Positions 1-13,489 of a stretch of 64,000 bases of DNA are shown in pieces. The DNA lies in assembly GCA_951406725.2 (NCBI GenBank), contig OX597818.1, forward strand, positions 5,270,001 through 5,334,000. The letters are read 5' to 3'. The position numbers and the translations under genes are program-made. The notes under the pieces are model-generated. The model made no database searches. It saw nothing but the letters and a program-made list of their open reading frames with translations, and was not told where the DNA came from. Within the stretch, counting starts at the first letter, position 1. The number at the start of each line of letters is the position of its first letter. Source of the stretch: Octopus vulgaris (lineage: Eukaryota).

Positions 1-539
1 TTGCCGTCAAATATTTCCTATTAGAGAATATAATAAAGACCTTCAATCAATTCTCATACGTATGTGTATTCTGTAAGTATGCAGCTGCATATATTTCCAA
101 CATAAATGAAGCATCACAATGGAATATTGAAACGAATAATAAAAAAAGGTTGCATAAAATCAAGTGAAAACTTGAACGGGGCTGGGTGTCACAGTAAATT
201 CCTATTTACATGCACATGATAGTAACAACTCCAGAACAAATGCATGGCAATGAAAAATCGTATTTCGCAACATCTTTATGAATTTTAAGACAAATTCTAT
301 TGATTAGGCCACCAAATTACAAGTGCTAACCTTTTCTGATAACCTTTCGTGGATATAACATGATATATCTGGCTACCTGCCATTCAAAAGCAGTTACAGC
401 TGTATAAAGTCATTTCTTTTACATTTGATGTAAGATGTATTTATCATTCATTTTTGAGATGAATCTGATTATAGTTTTTATTTTTTAATTTCCTTCACCT
501 ATCTCATTTGTCATTCGGTGTTGTAATTACCATTTGGAA

Positions 540-1950
540 TGTCCAACGTGTTAAAAAAGGTCTTTAAATGGGTTCAGCCGGCATTACACAGAAACAAAAC
601 TCATTGCTCGAATGCCAAAATTGATATATTTTTATATGCTCTAATAACAATGTAAACATAGTTTCTATTTTAATTTAAACGAAAAGTTATATAAACATAC
701 TGATTTCATATGAGCTACTGCATGTTGATAATATTATATAAAGATGTTTGATAATATTATATAAAGTTGTATGGAAACAAACTGAAATTACAACTGTTAC
801 TCGCACCGGTGTATATTATAGCTGCACGTACGATATTTTCACTTATTGATTTAGATATGTAGTTTTGAACGGACCTAGCGACTGCTCGGCTTCCAAAGAC
901 AGTTCTATCTTAAAATCAAATAGGTGGCCTTTTGCGATTTAGAAAACTGCATCTGGGCTCGTTTGATACTCATCTCAGCTGTGTAGAGGGAAACAGCATG
1001 AAATATAGACCATTTTTGAACAACACAAACAGTCACTGCCTGCTCAAAGCTATTTACGTTTAACTAAAGATTTCCTCATTCTGTTATTTTTTTATATGCA
1101 ATTCGTATAAGTATTTTAAACTTTATATGTTTTGAAAGTCTTATGGAGCGGATATATTTGGCTGGGCACAACATAAATTTGTGTTAGATTGCTTTTGAGA
1201 AATAAATATTCATTCCAGTTTTACAATTAGAAAATCTGGAATTTATTGCGATATCGTCGCTATATTCAAAACTGAGGGAGAATTTATCTTTTGAGATTGT
1301 TACGGATTGATATACTTTTGGCAAATGACTCTCTGCAATGTGTGCAGAGGTTCTCAGATGGTAGCTGTAAGAAGGGTGTATGGAAGCGTATCTCGAATTT
1401 AGAGGGACGACAATCAAACAAGAAGAAATATACAGCTGGTGCGCAACATGCACGAACAAAGGCGGGAAGTAGGTTACTGGGTTACATGAAAACCAAGAAC
1501 ACACTAAGAATTATCTTCTTTTGTACATCACAGATGATTATTTAGTGAAGATTGAGATATCATAAACAAGGGAGACGGTGGATTTCGTGGGTCTCCTCAT
1601 ACTGATATCGTTAATTTTCACAACACAATGTGTGAGATGCAGACGAATGATCAGGCATAGATGTAACGAGTCAGATTATTTGTGAAAGAGATGCATCACA
1701 TTTACTATGCATGTATTAATAAAGCCGTTTTAAGGATTTCCAGCCGAACAATAGAACGAGGAAACACCGCAAAAAAGATAGCACTTAGACAAACGTTATC
1801 AACAACAGGTATTATATAAGGAGAAAATTGCCATTGCTAATATTGGATCCAGAAAACGGCTAGTTACAGTTAGAAGCATAATCAGAAGCAAGGGAAATCT
1901 GAACCACCTTCAGTCTGGAGCGATTAGGGCTCAAAACCCATTTGTATCGT
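540..1950 (+). mobile_element. Highly degenerate non-LTR retrotransposon RT remnant
   Basis: Broken RT-like motifs in the expected order: VAFCDLEN (~925, like xxFxDxxKAFD), KGVW (~1372, like GVxQG) and LYITDDYL (~1521, like YADD). Many stops. Confidence 0.4.
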
Positions 1951-2689
1951 TTCCATTCACGCAATGTTTTCAAAACATCTTAAACCCAGTTTATCTCTCC
2001 GCAATTTACACCTTTAAACGCTCTGTCTCTTCTATCTATATCATCTTCTACATATATCAATCATCTCCCCGCCTTTTCTATTACATTATGATCAGTCAAG
2101 GTCTGCCTGAAGGTGAAAGGTTCTGCTGATTGTTAACATTTTCCTATTCTATCTCTTTTTCCCTTCCAAGTTCTTCCTGAGTTTGATTACTCAGCTGCCG
2201 CATCTAATTGTGGATACAGCTTTTGAGTTTGTTGCTGTGGCGGTATTCATGCCATTGTGTTTGAATAGTAATTTCCTCTCTACCTTTCGTACATATTTTC
2301 TTAATTTTGTCTTTCATTGTTCCTTACTACATGCTATTAGCTTCTTAGATTTCTACATGTTTATATTCATTACCTGTGGCAACTCCCATACACCCTCCTA
2401 ATCTTCTCATTCTATTTTCAAAGTATCACACTTGTATAATCATATGGGTCCTATACATATGAAATACCAAATTCCATGTTGAAATTATTGCTAAACATTC
2501 TCACTGTAATGAGAAGAGTATACTGTTCTCTTTTCTACCATTTAACTTTATGTCAGCCACAAGTAATTATTTCACGTTTCTTTACGACGGTTGTATCCAG
2601 TGTTTAATTTTCTAAGTTCTATGGCGATTAGGATATGAGAAATAAGGAATGTCGTTAGTGAGCAATAACCTTGGAAAATAAATCTATAT

Positions 2690-3430
2690 TAAATTCTACG
2701 TAGTAATTCTCACATTACTGTTCTGTTTTCCAAATCGTCATGCTTACGTATATCATTTCCACATATTCTGTAGTTAATTGTTATGTTTCGTTTCATTATA
2801 TGTTTTTGGTAATTTCTGGTAGAGAGGCTTTGGTCTTGTGCTGCAATTAAAATTCCTTCAATCTCTACTTTGAATTCTGAGCTTCTTAGCCATTGTTCGG
2901 ATTTTGCTTTGTCTATTCCTTTTGACTTTAGTTTGTCATGAAAGGGCTTTTCTTGTCATCGTTTTATCATGATCCGTTGCAGTTCCAGTTTTACTTTAGA
3001 TTTCAGTTGTTTTACAGCTTTTGATGTTTCTTCTTTTTTTACATAGTCGTTAGGTAGTATGACTTCTTGTTTGTATTTGTCAGCTTCCTTAAAGATTGAA
3101 AGCAGCTTTTTGTTTTGTCCGTGTTTTGTGGCTATTTGTATTAGATTTCTTTGCTTTTGAACTAGGTATTTTGTAGTCATATGGTGATCGCTTTCTAATA
3201 GTTTTCTAACTGTATAAGGGCTCTACCACATTGCTATGTCAGATTTTGTGTGGTGCATCCTAAATCCTGTTATTATTTTCTTGTTTCCCTGTCTGTTTTG
3301 ATAAGTTCATTTAGTGTCCAGTTAAAGATCTTGTAGGTGTAATTTATAAATGGGACGGCTAGAGTGTTGATACATATCTTGTTTTACGCATTGAGCTTTT
3401 TTTTTCTCTTTCATTTGTGTGTGTTGTCGC
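2690..3430 (-). mobile_element. Dong/R4-like RLE LINE internal fragment
   Basis: ORF 2956..3180 (LIQIATKHGQNKKLLSIFKEADKYKQE) and its flanks closely match the copy at ~26300-27120. Confidence 0.85.
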
Positions 3431-3508
3431 CACAGCACGTAGTGGGTTTGGGCACTTTTAGGGCATTTGTTCGTGATAAGGGTAATGGTTCCATTCACCC
3501 TATTGCAG

Positions 3509-3620
<112 letters not shown>

Positions 3621-3624
3621 TTTT

Positions 3625-5070
3625 TGGAGAGGCAGGTCCTTGCCGACCTACAGCATTGTGAGGCACTGGATAGAAGGACCGTTTAAGTTGCTCGAGGTCC
3701 GGTTCGGTCCCGACCTCCAAGTGGCCAGTCTCACCCACAAATGGACAGGGAGAAAGCTATCTCTGAAAGGTCGGGCGGAGATGGCGAATGTGTACATCGC
3801 ATCCATCATATACTACCGCCTGACTGTCATCCCTTGCCCCGTTTCGTGGCTAAACGGGCTGGTGCGCTTGCTCTTGTGCTTCCTAGGGAAGGGACAGGTA
3901 CTATTGGTCAGACGGTTCATTTGTTGTCAGCACCCGTTGCGTGGAGGACTGTGCATGCGGTAGCTGATGATTTGCAGACATGCGTTGAGGCTGCGATACC
4001 TCCACCCATACCCTAACGGTGAGTAGGTGTAGTTGCCGTTTGTTGGACGCGCTTTTCCGCAGCTTGTCTTCTTGACGGGGCGACAGTCCTGGATCATATG
4101 TAGACCGAGACAGGGCACTTGGCACCCAGGGTGTGTTCAAGCGTTCAAAGCCCTCGACCAGTTGATTAATGCGGTCGGTGGAAGTTCCACCTTAGAGTTC
4201 TATAAGTGATTAGTGGAGATCAAGAGTAACAACGTTCTCGGAGAAGTTTAGGACGTCGGGAGGGATCAACTGACTGGTCTCTTCGGAGGACTTTCGGGCC
4301 CGGTCCTATGGATAACTTCCAGAAACTCCTAGCCTGGCAGTGCTACTGGGGGCCTCTTCCGGTTCGCCATAAGCTTTACAGATACGGGTGTGCAGTCAGA
4401 CGGGCTTGTCCGAGATGCACTCGGACCGATGAAACTATTCTGCATGCTCTCGTACAGCGTCCAGGCATTTCTGTCTTGTGGAGCTTTGTCGAACAGTTAT
4501 TGTCACGTACAGGACGGACCCGGCTATCGTCTGAATCCATCGTGAACATCGCCTCGCCTCCTTCCTTGGGTCGGGAAGAACAGGAATTTTTTCTCTGTTT
4601 GGTGACTATTGTTTTAGAGGTGGTGCGGTGGACGAAATTGAAAGTGTTCAAGACGGGTACCTTCCTCATCGGCAAATGTCTCACTGATTTCTTCAGTTTC
4701 CACCTGGAAAGGGAAGTGAGGCCGGAGAAGGAGGTGCTGTCCCCCAGTAAGATTGTTGAAAGGTGGGTGAATATTGTAAGTATGGCCCGTGTGAATGGGC
4801 CTAATCTAAGTGCGCGCCTGTAGGCCGATTGAATGAGGAAGAGAGGGGTGCCTACCTGAGGTGTTTTGCTGTTAGTGGGGTCCAAATTGTGTGAATTTCC
4901 TTTGGTCACCTCTCAGTGTAGCTCTCCATACTGGGGAAGTACATTGATGATTTAATCTCCTTAATAATTGTGCTTTTCTATGCTTTTTACATGTTTAATC
5001 TCACTGTCCCTCGTCTGTGTATCGACCTTTACCAATTGCGTTCAGCCTTGGTGTCCAATAAAGAAAGTAA
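3625..5070 (+). mobile_element. 5'-truncated Tx1/L1-like LINE (RT C-terminus, zinc finger, 3' UTR)
   Basis: KWTGRKLSLKGRAEMANVYIAS...GGL; zf-RVT-like LPVRHKL...CPRC...ETILHAL in ORF 4308..4823; AATAAA near 5057. Confidence 0.8.
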
Positions 5071-5088
5071 AATAACAATAACAATAGC

Positions 5089-5150
<62 letters not shown>

Positions 5151-5155
<5 letters not shown>

Positions 5156-5600
5156 GTTTGCTTATTGATCGACATGAGCATCCCCTGTGATCATAATATC
5201 TCAGCGAAAGAGTTTGACAAGCTCAGAAAATATAAAGACCTACTCATTGAAATTGACAAAATGTGGCATCTCAAGGCGGCTACAATACCAGTGATCGTAG
5301 GAGCACTAGGAATGATAAAGAAGGGAACCGAAAATTATATGAGAATGATCCCTGGCTTACCATCCCTCCAAGAAGTGCAAAAGATTGTCTTAACTGGTAC
5401 ATCACGCGTATTGAGAAGAGCATTGTCGATGTGAGAACTGTTGCTGCTCATGTATTTTAATTTAACTTAAAAAAAAATGAACGAACTATTGAGTTTGGTT
5501 TAATGGCCTACCAATGTATACTATGAGTTTCTTTGCCCTAGGAGTCGGGAAGACACTCGGCAAGAAATGGAAGCAAATTTGAAAGAAGGAAAAATAAAAT
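5151..5600 (+). mobile_element. Dong/R4-like LINE 3' fragment (restriction-like endonuclease and 3' UTR) within (TAA)n
   Basis: CLLIDMSIPCDHNISAKEFDKLRKYKDL...IPVIVGALG; (TAA)n on both sides. Confidence 0.9.
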
Positions 5601-5663
5601 AATAATAATGACAATAATAATAATAATAACAATAATAATAACAATAATAATGATAATAATAAC

Positions 5664-5732
<69 letters not shown>

Positions 5733-5789
5733 TATTATTATTATTAATATTCTTCTTCTTCTGCTTCTTCTTCTTCTTCTTTACTTTTA

Positions 5790-6299
5790 ATCCGCAGTCA
5801 CTTGCCGAGACACACCCAGTGTCTTGGGGGCGAGTAAAGGATGTTACTGAAAGCTTGGGTACGGGAAGTAGCGAAATATGTTCATGTAATACAACACAGA
5901 CAGGGTTTATCTAACGATGTGGGCAGTACTTGTCTGCACTATCTTTAGGATTTCCCTGAGATATAGTTCTCCAGAGATCTTACCTAAATGTTTCTGACAT
6001 CCTTTTTTTTTTTATCATAACTAGGGCAGCTACAATAAAAGGAACAAGTCTCGTTTTAAGATGCCACATCTTTTCTATTTCAATATCCAGGGCCTTATAT
6101 TTATTTAGTTTGTCAAATTCCTTGACAGATATATATTTATCAGTGAGAACACTTGCTTCACTTAGTCTACAATTCGATTAGCCTGGATCGTTGCATCAGA
6201 GTTGACTGGAAAATCCCAGAAGATAGTGATATTTTTACCTTTAACGAATGGCCCAGGACGATTTTCATACCAGTAATCAGGAGAGCCGATTTTGTAGTG

Positions 6300-6300
<1 letters not shown>
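5790..6300 (-). mobile_element. Dong/R4-like LINE 3' fragment (degenerate RLE)
   Basis: ITIFWDFPVNSDATIQANR in ORF 6162..6422, followed by a KEFDKLNKYK-like segment. Confidence 0.8.
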
Positions 6301-6359
<59 letters not shown>

Positions 6360-9300
6360 GTTAAGTTTTTTCCTTCTTTCTTCAAATTTTCTTCCGTTTC
6401 TCGCTGAGTTTTTTCCATACACCTAGGGCAGAGAAGCTCATTGTATGCATTCCCAGATTACACGCGCAAAATGGATGGGTGTTGTTTTCACAACGATAAT
6501 GCTCTTCTCAGTACATGAGCCGTTCCAGTTAATACGATTTATTGCACTTCCTGTAGGGATGGTAAGCCTGGAATCATTTTCAAATAGGTTTCAGTACCTT
6601 TTTTTATGATTCCTAGAGATTCTACAATCACTGGTACTGTAGTCGGCTTGAGATGCCACATTTTTTCAATTTCTATTAGCAAGTCTTTATATTTACTAAT
6701 CTTGTCAAATTCTTTCGTCGCTATATTGTGATCGCAAGGAATACTCATGTCAATTATTAAACATTTTTTTTGTCTGATCTTTGATAATAATATCCGGTTT
6801 ATTAGCTTTTACAGTCTTGTCGGTCTGTACGGGGGAGTCCCATAGAATCGACACATTTTCTTCCTCAGTCACAGCTTCAGGATGGTGTTTATACCATTTG
6901 TCAGCGATTTTGATTTTATAATGCCGACTTATTGTCCAGTGTAAATACTGGCCGACTCTGTCATGTCGTGCTTTATATTCTGCAGGTGCTAAGATTCTAC
7001 ACCCTGAGATTAGGTGGTCTATTGTTTCAATCTCATGGTTACAGAATCGGCATTTTGGGTCAGCTGCATTTTTTTATCCCATTGGCTTGGTAGTTCCGGA
7101 TTAATAAGTTTTGGTCTTGAGCAGCTAATATGAAACCTTCACTCTCTGCTTTTAGCCCTGAGCTTCGTTACAATTGGTGCGTGTGTTTCTGGTCGACATC
7201 AGCGCTCGTTTGCTACGGGCCACATACTTGCCATGGAGAGGTTTCTGTTCCCATCAGCTAGCTAATTTTTCATGTGCTTTTCTCTTTGGAATTAATATTC
7301 TTTTCTTTGCAGCTGCAGTTGGAGCATTTCCTTCAGCCTGATCAATCTGGTGGGTATCTAAGAGATCAGCAGCGAATTTCTTGCTCTCTTTGAGAATAGA
7401 GTGAAGTCTTTTCAGTCTTTCATGTTTTTCAACAAGTTTTAGCATTCAATCGTTGGTTGCTTGAAGGTATTTGGCCAGTCCGATTGTGGTAGTTGTGTAT
7501 GTAAGTTCAAGCTGGATCAAACCTCGAACTCCCTGAGCTCTGGGAAGGTAAAAACGATCCACTTCTGCCTTTGGATGGTGCATCTTATTACAAGTCAGTA
7601 GCTTGCGGAGTTTTTCACTGGTATTCCAGTTAAGCACATTGAAGCTATAAAGAACAACTGGTACTGCTAAGGAATTTATGGCTAACACCTTATTATATGC
7701 ATTCAGCTCAGATTTCAGGACTGCTCGAACTCTTCTATAACATTCCTTCCTAACCTCTTTCATGCTTGCATGCTGTATACTAGAGCCTTCATTTATTCCT
7801 AGGTAGTTATAGGTTTCTTCCTGCTCAAGTTCCTTTATTACTGTTTCGACATCTAATTCTATTGAACTTAACTTTACCAATTTCCCTTTCTTAAAAGTGG
7901 CTTTCGCACATTTTTCAAGGCCAAACTCCATCCCGATATCATCACTGAATCCTTTCACAGTATGTAATAATCCTTCAAGCTCTTCATCATTTTTGCCATA
8001 TAGCTTTAAATCTTCCATATAAAATAGATGGCTTATTTTCCTGTTGTCAATTTTGTAGCCATATCCAGTTCTATTCAGTTCACTTGAGAGTGGTATTAGT
8101 GCTATGCAGAAAATTAGTGGTGAAAGTGAGTCACCTTGGGAAATTCCACAGTTTATGCTACTTTTATTTGAGCGCAATACTCCATTAGAATTATATAATT
8201 GGAGCTTCGTGTTCCATAGTGACATATACTTTAAAAAACTTGAAATCACAGGAGAAATTTTGAAAATGTCCAGCGATTTCAGAATCCACGAATGCGGTAT
8301 GCTGTCAAGGGCTTTTTTATTATCAATCCATGAAGAGCTGAGATTTCTGCGCTTGTTATGGCAGTTCTCAAGGATCATGCGGTTAATTAGGATCTGATCT
8401 TTGCATCCGTATGAGCCTCGTCTGCATCCTTTTTGTTCAGTGGGAAAGAGGTTATTCTCTTCCATAAACGTATATGTTTTCTCTACTAGAATAGATGTCA
8501 AAATCTTATAGGTAGTAGATAAACATGTTATAGGCCAGTAGTTGTTTGGGTCTTTCGTTTTGTTAATTTTGGGGAGGAGTTCAGTAATACCATTAGCCAT
8601 CCAATGGGGTGCTTTTTCCGGATCTTTCATAATACTATTGAATAGTTTTACTATTCAATAGTATTATAATAGTTTTATGTGCGGATGAGAGTGATGAGAG
8701 TCAGAAATTTGGTACTCTATCAATACCAGGGGATTTCCACTTATGAGCCTTCGTTAGTGCCCTCCTTAGGTCGGCGATTGAGATGTAATCCCATACCTGT
8801 TCTTGCAGATTTTTGTAGTCATCTTCGGTGCGTTTGATTCACTTTGCATTTTCATTGTATGGCTTCTCATCACTCCAGTACCCCTTCCAAAAGTTTTCAA
8901 CTTCTTCCATTAGGCGTGGATTTTTAATGGTTATTTTTTCTTTTGCTTGAACTTTTTGTTTAAGTGTTTCTTTCGCTGACATTAGTTATTCTCTTGTTGA
9001 GTGTCCATATTTTCTCACAAACTTCCTGCCTTTTCTTGATCTTACATCATTTCCGGAGATTAGCTCAGTTAATATTGATATCTCCCTGCGCAATGATTCA
9101 ATTTCAGTTTCAATTCTACTCCTCCAGTTTGATTTTCTTTTCGAAGTTGGTATTGTTGGCTTTTTGGGAGTTAAACAGCGTATTTCGATTACCTTAGCGA
9201 CAGAGTAAATAATTTCATTTAATTTATTAAGATCGGGTTTTAGTTGTATGATTTCTTGTGTTTTATGTTGATGTGCATTTGAGAGTTTATGGAGTGGTTC

Positions 9301-10045
9301 CCTATCATTCATAGTTGTATGCCTTACAACTGCAAGCTCATTCAGAACTTCTTGCTTCATTTCAATGATAGGTTTTCTGTGTTGTTCAACAAACGTGTGG
9401 TTTTCAAATTCTGTTTCGACATCATTTTCCGGGCTGTTTTTTCTATGTTCATTATGTTTTCCTTTTTCTTCAGGATCTTGAGTCATTTCGGCAGATGGTC
9501 GCCTTTAAGTCAATGCTTGTGGCCCAACATTCCTCTCCTCAGCTTCGTTATTTCTTTCCTGACTTACATTTAGGTCATTTTCTACCACTTTTTTAATAGA
9601 GGTTAATTCTGCATCTGTGAGTCTGGTATTTCTGAAGATATCTCTTCTAACATTTGCTAATCTGTTTTCATCCAGGTTTGGTCTGCTAGCTGGATTCCGG
9701 CTCCTCCAAATTCTGTAGGAGTTTGCGGTGTGTTTCTATTGGGTTGGCCTACTTAATGCAAAGTAATAAGCATATATTACTTCTTTATATTCTTCCCGGT
9801 TCCATTTAGTTCTTTTAATTTTTCTTTTGATTTTCTGGTCGTTGTGGTGGTGAACTTTGGGGGCTTAATTTGGGACAAATCCTGTTTAAGTGACCTTCCA
9901 GGTTCGTATTCGGGGAAAATATTCTGCCATTTGAAAATTTTTCGACATCAGGCAGGCAGCCTCCTGACGGGCGCGCTTCCAGTATAACCATTGTACAAGC
10001 GATTCGGTGTACTGTTAGAAATTTTCTTTTCAAGTAAAGTTAAAT
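6360..10045 (-). mobile_element. Near full-length but frameshifted Dong/R4-like RLE LINE
   Basis: RT ORF 7446..8630 (PITCLST, QGDSLSP, LFYMEDL); CCHC-like region near 7000-7050; RLE 6539..6748; N-terminal ORFs 8986-10033; (TTA)n flanks. Confidence 0.92.
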
Positions 10046-10132
10046 TATTATTCAGTTTTCATTAAAAAAAAAATTAACCACTAATCTTCATACAGGGGCC
10101 TCATTTATTATCATTAGCAGCAGCAGCCCCAG

Positions 10133-10221
<89 letters not shown>

Positions 10222-10237
10222 CATTATTATTATTATT

Positions 10238-10385
10238 GCGTGTGAATGCTGTACATGTAATCAAAGTGACACTAGGACATAATATACAAAGCTCAGTATA
10301 CCCATCATGACTATCCGTTTGATAAGAGTACACAAGGCATATGCATCACAACCAAATGTGAGCGACATGATGATCCATACCATAT
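10238..10385 (+). repeat. Fragment of an interspersed repeat overlapping the family at 28004-28457
   Basis: tgtgagcgacatgatgatccata resembles tgcgcgacatggtgatctcata at ~28006. Confidence 0.5.
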
Positions 10386-10671
10386 GACACTTCACCATAC
10401 CATCCCGCACAGACTAGCACTGACCACTTCCCAGCACCTACACCATCATCCACACAACTACACATGCACACACGCGCACGTCAATGTCACCAGCCCCCTT
10501 CCACACGCACATACACGCTCTCACATACACACTCACGCGCACCTTCGTTTTGGAATCACCACTACTTTATTATTTCCGCTTCTAACTAGCTCTCCTGTGT
10601 GATTCCCGTGTCAGGCATTCGCAATGATAGATCGCTAGCGACTAAAGCTTTTTCTATTTTCTCTCCCTGTA

Positions 10672-10842
10672 GGCGTAGGAGTGGCTGTGTGGTAAGTAAC
10701 TTGCTTACAACCCACATGGTTCCGGGTTCAGTCCCACTGCGTGGCACTTTGGGCAAGTGTCTTCTACTATAGCCTCGGGCCGAACAAAGCCTTGTCAGTG
10801 GTTTTGGTAGACAGAAACTGAAAGAAGCCCGTTGTATATATG

Positions 10843-10897
<55 letters not shown>

Positions 10898-11112
10898 ATA
10901 TGTATGTATGTGTGTATATATTTGTTTTTCGGTGTTTGTCCCCCCCAAAATCGCTTCACAACCGATGCTGGTGCGTTTACGTACCCGTAACTTAGCGGTT
11001 TGGCAAAAGAGACCGATAGAATAAGTCATGGGGTCGATTTGCTCGATTAAAGGCGGTGCTCCAGCATGGCCACAGTCACATGACTGAAACAAGTAAAAGA
11101 GTAAAAGAGAGA
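10672..11112 (+). mobile_element. tRNA-derived SINE family A, full copy with internal microsatellite
   Basis: Head ggcgtaggagtggctgtgtggtaag...gggttcagtccc (A/B boxes), tail gtaaaagag repeats; several copies in the window. Confidence 0.9.
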
Positions 11113-11129
11113 GTTTATTTCTGTGTTCC

Positions 11130-11163
11130 TTTCTGTCGAAGAGCGTAGGCTCGAAACGTAAAA
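11130..11163 (+). ncRNA. Minimal hammerhead-like motif with variant core in a Penelope-type repeat
   Basis: TTT-CTGTCGA-A-GAGC(gtag)GCTC-GAAA-CGTA-AAA; the core deviates from CUGANGA. Confidence 0.5.
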
Positions 11164-11633
11164 TATTTCCTCACTTCCCGAGCGTTAAAATAATACATCC
11201 GTTAAAATAATACATCCGTTTGTTGTTTACACTTCCGTCTTGATCTTTTGTTTTTTTTTTGTAAATTCTCACTATTATGTATGATACACCGATGACTGTT
11301 TCGATTTAATAATTCTTCTACAATGTATACCGATTGACATACAGTAAGGTGGCTAGTTGCATCACTAGTGAATATCCTACTCATATTTCCTATATCGGAG
11401 TTTAAGTATTCTCACCCAGATATGCAACTAGCTCCAAATGGCGAAAATGCTTCCGGTGTACTTGTTGGCTGGGGTTTGTTTACGTTTCCCTCTGTTAACT
11501 GTTGAGATTTTAACACAGCATATCCACAAAAGTGGTTATATCAGGACGAATATAGCAGTTACTGGTCTATCAATCATTTATGCACATTCAGCATGTTGAT
11601 AGATGAATACATATACAGACATATAAGCGCGTC

Positions 11634-11704
<71 letters not shown>

Positions 11705-11732
11705 TAATCCTAATTTAGGAACTGAAGCAGGT

Positions 11733-11925
11733 AAAATCCAGGCTACATATGCTTCGTAGCTAGCAGAACCTCAGAACGAGGGATAAAGAGATCCCTTGAC
11801 GACAATGCAATCTTCATTTAACTGAAGTATCTTCGGCCTGATGAGTAGCTAGTGGTGTACCCGTTGTTGAGTAATTACTACTTCCGAGCTTCTGTTAGCT
11901 AGGAAAGATATGTAGCCTGGATTTT
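11733..11925. repeat. Imperfect inverted repeat (~44 bp arms) next to (TA)n, upstream of an HHR-like motif
   Basis: aaaatccaggctacatat... at 11733-11776 versus ...atatgtagcctggatttt at 11882-11925. Confidence 0.8.
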
Positions 11926-12054
11926 CTGTTTTTCTTTACACAAACCGAGAAGACGCCATACGGAACGTCATTATTTTAACGTGTGATATCTAATTATCAT
12001 CCGAAGAGACACATCTACACCTGCGGTTGCTCTTAAACCAGTTGTTAAGTATCC

Positions 12055-12099
12055 CACTAGTGAGGGCTCGATGCTAAATGGGTCGAAACAATTGTAGTG
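12055..12099 (+). ncRNA. Degenerate hammerhead-like motif
   Basis: CA-CTAGTGA...GGCTC/GGGTC stem II-GAAAC-AATT-GTA-GTG; palindromic stem III ACAATTGT. Confidence 0.55.
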
Positions 12100-13452
12100 A
12101 TTAACAAAAATTCTCGAATCTTCCATCTTCCGTCTCTCTCATTAACCAAACACACAACGAACACTGTGAACGTGCTTTACCGGTAAGCTACATGGTATAT
12201 ACCATATGATTTATTATCTAATTATACCCCCCACACACGCGCATGCACGCATGCACACACACACATACATAAGTTATAGTAAAGTTAGATTCGTGTAAAA
12301 ACTTGTAGTATGCTGCGCAAAGCTCGTCCAGGCATATTGGACATTTATCGGATACCATTTGTGAATGAAACAATATTTAACTGACACATGTACACTCTCA
12401 CAATGCAGCATTTATACAGAGGAAATCAAATACATTCTTGATAATGATCTAACTGATCAAAGCTACAATAGTAATACCAATATGTCTGATCAAAGGCACA
12501 ACAGTAATATAACTAAACCCTACCTTACTAGACAAAACTGGGAAAATAATTATAAACAGAGGGCCATCTTCAACTGAGAAAGATGGAAAACGGCTCAATA
12601 AAGAAAATTATAAGTGAGAACATGACTAATATAAATATTAAGTGTAACTATAACCTCTTAGGTAATGACCCTTCCATTATTTATACTTGTAGCTATTGAC
12701 CGAACAAAAAGTATAAAACTTTTAATGTATTATGGGGTAATCCAATCTTCGGGTTACAAATATCACCCAAGAATTCATTGCTGCATAAGATAACTTCCTA
12801 AGTGTAGCAAATACCACACACGCAGTGAAATTATCGTATTCTATTTCTAATAATTTGGTTTCTATATTCTTAAATTTAATAATAATAAGATAAACAAAGA
12901 GTTAACATGTTTAATGTGGGTAAAGACACAAATTATCTATTTGGCATGAATTGTCATAGTAAAGTAGAAAATAGTCAAGCGCGTTCTAATGATTATGATA
13001 AGATTAATCGTATAGACCATGTACATTATATATATATTATGTTTGACTACCTCTCTAAAAACATCATTTTTTAATATTTACAATGCTATGTTCTACAGGA
13101 CGGTCGCGTGATTGATATATTTCCTGACAACCGTACATCCAAAATTTGAAATATACATACTACTACTGTTGTTTTGCGAAGTGAAGTTATCAAGCAATTT
13201 TATCATTTTCTGAGATTGAATCCCGTTGTACAATAGGTGAATTTAGTAATAACAGTTTTACGTTCATTTTATGACGAAATAATTAATAGTCGCTTGTAAA
13301 TTCGACCAAAGCAGTGTCATCAAATATATTCAGTCCATAGCTGTGCAAGACACAGCAATATTTAATCATAGTATGGAAACTGGTGCCCCCTTTCATATAT
13401 CTATTACAAAATAAAACGGTTCTTGGAAACAAAAGTAAATCTTACGTTACTT

Positions 13453-13489
13453 TTGTGCCTTGCGCATTAAAACAATGCGCAAGGCACAA
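13453..13489. repeat. Perfect hairpin, 16-bp arms with 5-nt loop
   Basis: ttgtgccttgcgcatt-aaaac-aatgcgcaaggcacaa. Confidence 0.95.

Noticed and set aside
722-765. Short tandem duplications (also ~11180, 32546, 53995)
   Set aside because: Ordinary slippage events.
10672-10745. tRNA-like A/B boxes
   Set aside because: These are SINE heads; there is no complete cloverleaf.
11838-11870. CTGATGA core-like word
   Set aside because: No downstream GAAA or stem II.
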